Shown here: piece after piece, positions 50,600 to 61,402 of the stretch
Position numbering within the stretch: the stretch's first letter is position 1
How the letters are laid out: the number at the start of each line of letters is the position of its first letter
Source: the human T2T-CHM13v2.0 reference genome, Homo sapiens
Length of the DNA: 64,000 bases
Reading direction: 5' to 3'
Assembly: GCA_009914755.4 (NCBI GenBank)
Contig: CP068257.2
Span: 11,808,001-11,872,000 of the forward strand
Notes under the pieces: model-generated
What the model was told of the DNA's origin: nothing
The model's database searches: none
The model's input: the letters and a program-made list of their open reading frames with translations, nothing else
Translations under genes and position numbers: made by a program

Positions 50600-52590
50600 T
50601 TTGAAAAAATTTCAAGACTTTTCACAACAAAACCAAGCTAAAAGATACACCAATAGTCATCCCCTAAATAAGAATAAGACAATGTTGCCACTCACACCTG
50701 GCCCAGGCACCAGCAGGAGGAGGGCACCTCCAGATTCTGCAAGAGAAGGAGGAGGACTCCTCCTTGCCATGGCTGGGCCTCCACTGCTGTCACCTCAGCC
50801 CGCGGTACAGCACCCACAGCTGCCTCCCCACTTCAGGCCAGGCTGGGCCCGGTGGGCTCCACAGCATTCCCACTCCCACTTCTCGGATCCCAGACTTGCT
50901 GCTGCTGCGACCACTAACACCAACACCAACATGACCACTGCTGCTGTTGCCCTCAATGCATGGGCCCACCCTACAAGCCTCCTACCACCTGGCCCCCGCA
51001 GACACTCTCCTACCACTCCACCACTCCGGTCAAGCTGCAGTCTCTGTCTCTGCCACCAACTGCAGCAAGGGGAGCCACAGAACCATGCCATCTGCAGGCT
51101 CCAGCCTCCAGCGTGCAACAGATGACTCCTCCAGCTCCTGGCTTGAAGCATCTGGGTGGTAAAAGCCAGATGTGCCTAGAACAGGATGGAAGGAGTGGTA
51201 GTGTTAGAGGTTCACCTTGTCATGCTGGTCACTGGGTGGCAGGAGCTGGTTTCGGCAAAGGCACAACTAGGACCTGGGGTGGGTGTGACTGCCTTTGCTG
51301 AAACCGGCCTCTGGCTAGGTCCAGCTGGCCAGGAACTGCTGGGCCCACCCTGGCTGCACTCCTTGGTGAGCAGGAGAAGCAGAAACTCAGACCCAGCCAG
51401 CTCTCTCCAACCAAGTGCCAGTTCCTGTTTCTGATGCCTCCACCCACAGGGCCCTGTTCCCCCGTGATACCCACTACTCCGTGCCCAGGAGTCCCAGATT
51501 GTCTCTGCAACACAGTGAGAGGGTGCAGGCCCGGGAACCATGGCGGGTGTGGGGGCCTTACCGTGCTCAGGATTCCCAAGGAAACATTGTGCACCTGCCA
51601 CGCTCCAGCACGAGCAAACAGAGGCTGCCCTCTAGAATCCAGAGTCTGGGAAGAGGAGGACGGCCCCTTCCTTGGAGGCCACAGCTATCGCTGCCACCTC
51701 CGTAGCCCATTGCCAGAAGCAGCAGTGCAGTGCAAACCCCAATAGTGCCCCCCCACTGGCATGCCACAGGGCATGTAAACCTGATAGTGCCCCCAAACTG
51801 CCCCACTGCCTCCAGCAGTGCAGCCAGGGATAGTGCCCCCAACCAGCCCTTGCTGGGGGTAGTGACAGCCCAGATAGTGCCCCCAACCTGCCCCCCTGCC
51901 ATGACAGTGCAGGAGCTGATAGCACCCCTAACCCTCCCCCCAGCTGCTGGTCAGCCCCCTGTAGCACACACAACCACCCTCACCACCAGGCAGTATAGCC
52001 CCCACCAACTCCGCCAACCATACCCCTGATACCCTTACCGGCAATGTGACCTTGATATTGCTCCTATCCATGGTAGTGCATCCCTGGATAGCTCACCTAC
52101 CCTGCCACCTTTCTACCATGCTGGCCAAGCTGCAACCTCCGTCACCTCCACCAACCGCAGTGAGGTGAGCCTAGATGCCACAGGATCAAGCCTCCAGCTC
52201 GGGGTACATGGCTCCCACTTCCTGTTCTCTAAGCTGAGCTCCCAGCTTCGATTCTGATTGGATGAGAGCAAGTCTTAGGACAACCAATCACAGCATGAAA
52301 ATAAAGTCCAATCAGAATAGGCCTAGAAGTTTTCTCTCATCCAATCAGAATATGTAGTCCAGGAACCTCATTTGCATAACCTCACATCTAAAGGATGCAG
52401 AAGGGGCGTCAGGCCATTCCAGACTCGTGTGTGGCTGCTTGCGCAGCTGCTCCGTGCCAGGCTTGGAGGACCAGGAGAAGGGGTAGTCACTTGCCACAGC
52501 TGGAGGCTGGAGCGTGTGGCACCACGGCTCGCCTCGCTGTGGTGGGCGCTGGCGGCAGAGACGGCAGCTCGGCTGGACTGGTAGGAGGGG
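50600..52590. other. GC-rich, CpG-poor segment of uncertain origin. It contains about 8-10 tandem copies of a 36-40-bp subrepeat (51740-52110) and a cluster of CCAAT/ATTGG boxes (52250-52350). It may be a decayed LTR (the CCAAT cluster recalls HERV9/LTR12); the class is unassigned.
   Basis: Subrepeat: (g)atagtgcccccaa(a/c)c(t)gcccc(a/c)ctgcc...cagtgcag, recurring at about 51745, 51783, 51822, 51861, 51902 and later. CCAAT cluster: ctgattggatgagagcaag...caaccaatcacagcatg...tccaatcagaataggcc...catccaatcagaatatg. The ORFs here (for example 50601-51125) match no recognisable protein. Confidence 0.3.
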
Positions 52591-54060
52591 GTAAATAGTT
52601 TTTGGGTAGATGGAGGGATAAAGAGGGTGGTTAGCGGCAAAGGGAAAAGAGGATGGCAAACAGGAGAAGGCATTGCAAAAAGACGCTGGGGAAAAGATGG
52701 TTGAAAAAAGTTTTTGGGTAGCTGGGGGGTAAAAAAGGGTGGCATGTAGAAGGAGGAAAGACAGGGTGGTGGGGGGGGGAAAACGGGGACAAGTAGGAAG
52801 GAGAGAAGGTTTACAAAAAGACGGTGGGGAGAAACACGGTGAAGACAACAGAAAGACATTGGGGAAAGAAAAGATGTGTAAAAAGATTTTGGGTAGATGG
52901 AGGTGGGAAAGGGTGGCACGCGGGAGGAAGAAAGAGGGTGCAGAGAGTGGGGGGAAGAGAGAGAAGGTGGTGAGCAGAAGGGAGAGAAGATTTTGTGAAA
53001 AGTCGATGGGGACAAGATGGTGGGGAAATATTTTTTTTCAGTAGAGAAAAAAAGGGTGGTGAGCAGGAGAAGAAAAAAGGGTGGCGAGTAGGAGGAAGGA
53101 GAAGGTTTTGCAAAAAGACGGTGGGAAGAAAAGACAGTGGGGAGAAAAAACTGTGGGAGAAGTTTTTGGGTAGATGGAGGAGAGAAAGGGTGGCAAGCGG
53201 GAGAGTGGAAGGACGATTGGGAAAACGACGATGGAAAAATAGTTTTGGGGTAAATGGAGGGCGACAGGAAGGTGGCATGTAAGAGGAGGGGCAGGAATGG
53301 GGAAAAGAGGGTGGTGAGCAGAAGGCTTTGCGAAGAGATGGTGAGGGGGGAAAGACAGTGAGGAAGAAAGTTTTTGGGTAGATGGAGGGGGTAAAGAGGG
53401 TGGTGAGCAGGAGGGACAAAAGAGGGTGGCAAGTAGAGGGAGACAAGGTTTTGCCAAAAGACCGTAAGGAAAAGACAGTGGGGAGAGAAAAGTTTTTCGG
53501 TACATGGAGGGGGAAAAGAGAGTGGCAAGCGGGAGAACGAAAAAGAGGATGGCGAGTGGGAGGGAGACAAGGTTTTGTGAAAAAGATGGGTAGAAAAGAC
53601 AGATGATGGGGAAAGAAAAGATAGACGGTGGGTAAAATGTGGGTAGATGCAGCGGGAAAAGAGGGTGGCAATTGGGAGGATAAAAGAGGGTGGCGAGAGG
53701 GAGGAGGGAAAGAGTTGGGAAAAAGACGATGGGGAAAATAGTTTTGGGGTAGATGGAGGGCAAAAGGAGGATGGTAAGGATAGAGGAAAGAAGAGGGCGT
53801 TTTTGGGTAGATGGAGGTTGGAAAAGCGGGTGGCGAGCAGCAGGAATGGGGAGAAGGCTTTGGGAAAATATGAGGGAAAAGTTTTTGGGTAGATGGTTGG
53901 CGAAAAGGGTGGTGAGCAGGAGAGTAGAGAAGGCTTTGCGAAATGACAGTGGGGAAAAATAGTGGGAGAAATGTTTTGGGGTAGATGAAGAGAAAGGGTG
54001 GCGAGAGGGAGGGGGCCAAAGGTGGTTGAGAAAAGAAGGTGGGGGACAAAGTTTTTGGGT
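52590..54060. repeat. Degenerate GA-rich (purine-rich on the plus strand) tandem array of about 1.5 kb. The unit is variable, about 80-140 bp.
   Basis: The anchor motif agtttttgggtagatggaggg recurs at about 52596, 52711, 52885, 53163, 53240, 53373, 53493, 53632, 53741, 53799, 53881, 53972 and 54052. Each occurrence is followed by aaagagggtggtgagcagga... / ...gagggtggcgagtaggagg... / ...aaggttttgcaaaaagacggtgggga... Confidence 0.85.
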
Positions 54061-54785
54061 AGAACTTTTTCTGAGTTTTAAATCAAATTATTTGTATTTT
54101 TGCTTTGAGTAGTTTTAGTTTTTTATATATTTTTTGTTGTGTTAACCCCTTGCCTGATGCATAGTTTGCAAATACTTTCTTCGGTTCTCTGGATTGTTTC
54201 TTCATTCTATTGATTGTTTTCGCTACTTTGCAGAAGCGTTTAAGTTTAATGCAACTGCATTTTGTCTATTTTTGCTTTTTGTTGCTTGTGTTTTTGATGT
54301 GTATTTGAAAATCCCTTGTAACCAATTTCACGAGGCATTTTCCTATGTTTTCTTCTCTAGTAGTTTCATAGTTTCATGTCCTACATTTAAATCTTTATTT
54401 TCAGTAGATGATAAGATAACAGCCTACATGTATTGTGGGTGTTGGATTTTCCTAGCAGTTTATTGAAGAGATTGTCCTTCCCGAATGTGTGTTTTTGGTG
54501 CCTTTGTTAAAAGAGTTGACTGTAAAAGCTTGAATTTATTTTTGAGTTCTCTATTCTGTTTCATTTGTCTATGTCTGTCAGTCATTGGTCTGTGTATCTC
54601 TGTCTCTCTCTCGCTCTGTCTGTCCCCTACCTATTTTTTTTCTTTTGCCACTACCATGCTGTTTTGGTTACTAGGTTTGTGGTATATTTTGAAATCAGGT
54701 AGTGTGATGCCGCCAGCTTTTTTCTTTTTATTCAAGATTCTTTTGTCTATCTGAGGTATTTTGCATTTCCATGTGAATTTTAGGA

Positions 54786-55083
54786 TTTTTTTTTTTTTTT
54801 TTTGAGACGGAGTCTCGTTCTGTCGCCCAGGCTGGAGTGCATTGGCGCGATCTAGGCTCACTGAAGGCACTGCTTCCTGAGTTCAGGCAATTCTCCTGCC
54901 TCAGCCTCCTGAGTAGCTGGGATTACAGGCGTGCGCCACCATGCCCAGCTAATTTTTGTGTGTGTAGTAGAGACAGGGTTACACCATGTTGTTCAGGCTG
55001 GTCTCAAATTCCTGACCACGTGATCCAGGCGCTTTGGCCTCCCAAAGTGCTGGGATTACAAGCATGAGCCACCATGCCTGGCC
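54786..55083 (-). mobile_element. Alu nested in the minus-strand L1.
   Basis: t17, then gagacggagtctcgttctgtcgcccaggctggagtgcattggcgcgatctaggctcactgaagg ... gggattacaagcatgagccaccatgcctggcc. Confidence 0.9.
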
Positions 55084-55946
55084 GTTTTTTTTTTTCCTAT
55101 ATCTATGAAGAATCTCTTTCCTAATTTAACATGGATTCCATTGATTCTGTAGATCACATAGGGTGATACAGATATTTTAACGATATTCTTCTAGTGCTTG
55201 GACATGGGATATCTTTACATTTACTTGTGTCTGCTTTAATATATTTCGTCTATGTTTTATAATTTTAATTGTGGGATCTTTCGCCTTTTTGTTAAGCTTA
55301 TCTCTAGGTATCTTTTTTGGGGGGCATTGGGTAACTACTGCAATGAAATAGCTTTCTTGATTTCTTTCTTAGGTGTTTCACTATTGGTACATGGGTGTGC
55401 TACTCATTTTTATATATTGATATTGTATCTTGCAACTTTATGAAATGTGTTTATTATTTCTAGTAGGTTTTTTTGTGGAATCTTTAGGGTTCTGCATATG
55501 TGTATGATTATGTCACCTGCAAACAGAGACAATTTGACTCCCTTTATTTCCATTTTGGATGCCTTTTATTGCATTCTCCTATCTAATTCCTCTAGCTAGG
55601 ACTTCTAGTACTGTGATGAATACAAGTGGTAAAAGTAGCCACACTTGTTCCAGATCTTAGAAGAAGAGCTTTTAACTTTTCCCCATTGATTATGATGTTA
55701 GCTGTGGATTTGTCATATATGAACTTTATTGTGCTGAGATTAGTTCTACTGTTGAGGCCCTCTCATGCATTTTTCAGTTCATCAGTTGCATTTTTCAGCT
55801 TTGAGGTTTCTGTCATCTTCTTAAATTACTTCTATCTCTTTGTTAAATTTCTTTGATAAGTTTCTGAATTACTTCTCTATATTTGATTTTCATTGAGTAT
55901 CCTCAAAACAGCCATTTTTACTTCCCTGTCTGGAGAGTCTCACATC

Positions 55947-56246
55947 TTTTTTTTTTTTTTTTTTGTGAGATGGAGTCTTATTCCATCACCCAGCCTGGAG
56001 TACAGAGGCACAATCTTGGCTCACTGCAACCTCTGCCTCCCACGTTCAAGAAATTATCCTGTCTCAGCCTCCCAAATAGCTGGGACTACAGGCACCTGCC
56101 ACCACACCCAGCTAATTTTTGTATTTTTAGTAAAGACAGGGTTTCACCTTGTTGGTCAGGCTGGTTTCGAACTCCTGACCTCAGGTAATCCACCCACCTC
56201 AGCCTCCCAAAGTTCTGGGATTACAGGTGTGAGCCACCACACCCAG
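55947..56246 (-). mobile_element. Alu nested in the L1, with target-site duplication gagtctcacatc.
   Basis: t19, then gtgagatggagtcttattccatcacccagcctggagtacagaggcacaatcttggctcactgcaacctctgcctcc ... ggattacaggtgtgagccaccacacccag. Target-site duplication at 55935-55946 and 56249-56260. Confidence 0.9.
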
Positions 56247-57559
56247 TTGAGTCTCACATCTTTAGCTTTGGTCACTGGTGACTTATTTATTGTTGTTATT
56301 TATTTCCTTGAATGTTCTTAACGCTTTTGAGCATATGTTCATGCCTGGGAGTTGAATAAGTGTGTATTTATTCCACTTTTTGCAGTCTGTTCTTGTGTGT
56401 GCTTGTCCTTCTTCAGTCTTCCAGAAATTCCAAGAAATTCAAGACTGTTGAGTTCCCCAAGCCTGTGGTCACTGCAACTGTTACAGCACCAGAGGGCACC
56501 TTAAGCTCAGGTTCACCATGACTTTTGCAGACTGAGGTCCCTGGTGGCCGTGACACACTTGGAGAAGATAAGGGAGGGGTTCCCTGGGTTCCCAGACAAA
56601 GTTCTTCTTTCACGTCCATCTTCTTCCCCTTGCAAAGAATCTGGGCACCAGACTTTGTGAATCTGGGCACTCTCATGTGATTTGGGCACTCTCATGGCCA
56701 CTGCAGCTGGCGCAACACACCTGAAGCCCACAGCCTCCCAGACCAGAGCAGCACTGGGGTTTATCTGAGTCCTGTGGCCACTATATTGCCTGACTGCTGC
56801 TGACTTATTTAGGTTTCTAAGCCAGGTTAGTCTGCTGGTGATGAAGCTGGCCTGGGTTTGGGTCCATCCCGCCAGGGTGGCAGAATCCCTTCTCCCTGCA
56901 GGGGGGTCTGTAGGTGTCTGGGAGCTCCTGCCTAGGATCAGGGCCACAGTATTCTGCCTGATGCTGTGTCCACTGTGGTAGGGCTGACACCGGGTTCTCC
57001 TCTTTCTTGCATAGAGAAGGAATTCTCTCTGCACTGCACTGCCTGGAGTTGGGATTGGGGTAACACAGGCAGCCCTGTGGCCACTGCAGCTGATGTCACA
57101 TAGGAAGCCCACAGCCTCCCAGACCAGCACATCGTTGGTTGTTGGAGCTCACCCAAGGACCAAAGTGACTCTGGCCTGCCTGCCACTGAAATTTATCTGG
57201 GGCCTGAGGCCACTTGAATCAGCTGGTGGTGAAGCAAGTCAGGACTCAGGTTTGTCCCACCAGGGTAGTGGATTCCCTTTTAGACCAAGTTGTGTCTAAA
57301 TGCTGTATCTATGGGCACTAGCCTGGAACGAAAGGCCATGGGGTTCTGCCCAGTGCTGTCCTTTACTATAGCAGAGCTGCCACTGGGCTCCAAGGCAAAG
57401 TCCCACAGACCCTTCCTTGTCCCTCCTGCAAGAGGTGGACACATTCTCTGCACTGCACTGCCTGGGGTTGAGGGAGGGGCAGTGCAGTCACTGCAAGACT
57501 GTCTTTTCACCCTCTTTAATGTGTGTTCTCTTGTTTTTAAGCTAAAACCAGGTTCTGTG

Positions 57560-59312
<1,753 letters not shown>

Positions 59313-60489
59313 AGCTTAACTCTAAGGAAATGTTTATCTTTAGGAACATTGTATTTGGTTAATTAAAATTTTAGATTCTGGAGCATCAACTGTTCTCCTA
59401 CATGAAAATAAAAGCATGAATTGGGAAATAATGGGTTCCCCAATTTTTTTGTGGGGGGAACAAAACAACTATCCATGTACATACAGTTTTTGGTTCCCCA
59501 GATCATTGAGCCAACTTGGCCAAAATAAGTAATCCCTCATTCCTTATCTCAAGAAGGTGGTCTTGCCTTGCTTGGAGATGTTAAAATGAATTCACTGGAT
59601 GTAGTCACTTTTAAGACTATTAGTTTACTTCATGTCCCATTTTCAGCCAGTTACTGTACCTGGAATAATAGAATCAAATTGTGTCATGCACAGGTAAATA
59701 AGTAAATTCTGTCATTTAATATCTAAATTATGTATATATATTTACATATACCTATATTTTACTTGTAATTCGATGAAGATAAGGCTTTGTATGTATGCTC
59801 TGTGTAAAATATGCTGTCTATATTCTCATGATTACAAAGAATAGTTTGAGTAATGGAATGTATTTGAATTTTACATATGTCTTTCATTTACTAGCAGAAA
59901 TAAAATCTTAGCCTTGATTTAGTAAATTCCTCCATTTAAAATAAGATGTTACTTTAGCAGAAACAAAATTTATCTTAATGGGATAATAATTCACTAGTTT
60001 ACCTCTGATGAGCATCAGCTAATATTTAATCTATTGTGAAATTACACAGCATCAAAATAAAATATAATACAGTTAGTTAAAATAGAAAAATTATCTTATT
60101 GATTAATTTAGACATCAGAAGTTAGATTATAAAATCAAGGTATTTTTTGTGTTTGTTTTGTTTTTAGTATATTAGCATATACTACCAAACGTGAACCATA
60201 GTAAAAGCTGTTCAGTAACACTTACCATTCCATTTTCAAATAACCCGAGTTTATGTGTCAGGTTGAAAAGCTTTTAGATGAGTGGTTTATGTTACTGTAT
60301 GTATCCAAATATTTGTATATCATGTAGACAGCCCAAGAACATATGCACGTATGTTAGCTATTGCATAGAATGGTAAAGAATACATTCTTAAAAGAAAGAA
60401 GAGAGTAAGATACATTCACTTAATGTTCCAAATAGGTCTCTAGTATCTCAAATGTACTATTCACCCATTACTTTCAAACATTATATCAG

Positions 60490-60795
60490 GGCCAGGCACC
60501 ATGGCTCATGCCTGTAATCTCAGCCCTTTGGGAAATTGACGTGGGTGGATCACTTGAGGCCAAGAGTTCCAGGCCAGCCTGGTCAACATGGCAAACACCT
60601 GTCTTGACTAAAAAAAAAAAAAAAAAAAACTAGGCACGGTGGCACCCCCCTGTAATACCAGTTACTTGGGATGTTGAGGCACCGGAATCATTTGAACCTG
60701 GGAGGCAGGGGTTGCAGTGAGCTGAGATCATATTACTGACTCCAGCCTGGGCAACAGAGCAAGACTCTGTCTCAAAAAAACAAAACCAAAAACAT
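60490..60795 (+). mobile_element. Alu with an internal poly-A. Its right monomer is divergent.
   Basis: ggccaggcaccatggctcatgcctgtaatctcagccctttgggaaattgacgtgggtggatcacttgaggccaagagttccaggccagcctggtcaacatggcaaacacctgtcttgactaaaaaaaaaaaaaaaaaaaactaggcacggtggcacccccctgtaataccagttacttgggatgttgaggcaccggaatcatttgaacctgggaggcaggggttgcagtgagctgagatcat.... Confidence 0.85.
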
Positions 60796-61402
60796 TATAT
60801 CATGGTATGTGATTAATCTGAATTCAAAACATCTTAACATAAACTAAATGAAAATTATACAAAATTTTGCTTGTTTTATTGCATTCTCCTAATTCCTCTA
60901 GCATCTATTTAATTCTATTTGTTTTGAATTTACCAACAATTTCACATCTTGCTGAGAATATTTGCACTGATAAATATTTTTGTGATTATTGATTATATTC
61001 AAATGCACTCTCATTTTCAAAGCAACATGTATAAAATTATTATTAAAATTGTACATAGCTTGAAATAATGTAATTGTCATGGGATACATTTATATATCAT
61101 AATTAAAAGCACATTACAATGCTTGTACCTGATCTTAATATTACTTAACCTTAGAAATATAGAATAAATGATAGGAATAATATGGGAGACAAAAGACTGT
61201 GTGAAAAGCCACATATTGTATATCTCTATTGTGTTTATTAAACTTTTTTTCCCACTGCACTTACAAGTAAATTTGTCATGGACCATGGTAATTTTTATTG
61301 TAATCTTACTGTAGGTACATTCTGTTAGCAGGTTAAATAAAATACATGATCAAAGTCAAAAATATATGCAAGGAAAATATAGAAAATTTAAGTTATAAAA
61401 AG

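Noticed and set aside
50601-51973. A stack of overlapping 100-170-aa ORFs on both strands in the GC-rich segment.
   Set aside because: There is no recognisable domain or protein similarity. The ORFs overlap each other in several frames, a GC-content artefact. The region has internal 36-40-bp repeats and a CCAAT cluster, which suits a non-coding LTR or promoter relic better.
52368-54049. Very long minus-strand ORFs (400 aa at 52368-53570, 412 aa at 52811-54049, 241 aa at 53038-53763), plus many 70-100-aa plus-strand ORFs rich in G/K/E/R.
   Set aside because: They lie entirely within the degenerate GA-rich tandem array. Their composition is low-complexity (Pro/Ser/Phe/Leu on one strand, Gly/Lys/Glu/Arg on the other) and periodic. 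Several frames on both strands are open at once, which is the signature of a purine/pyrimidine-biased repeat rather than coding sequence.
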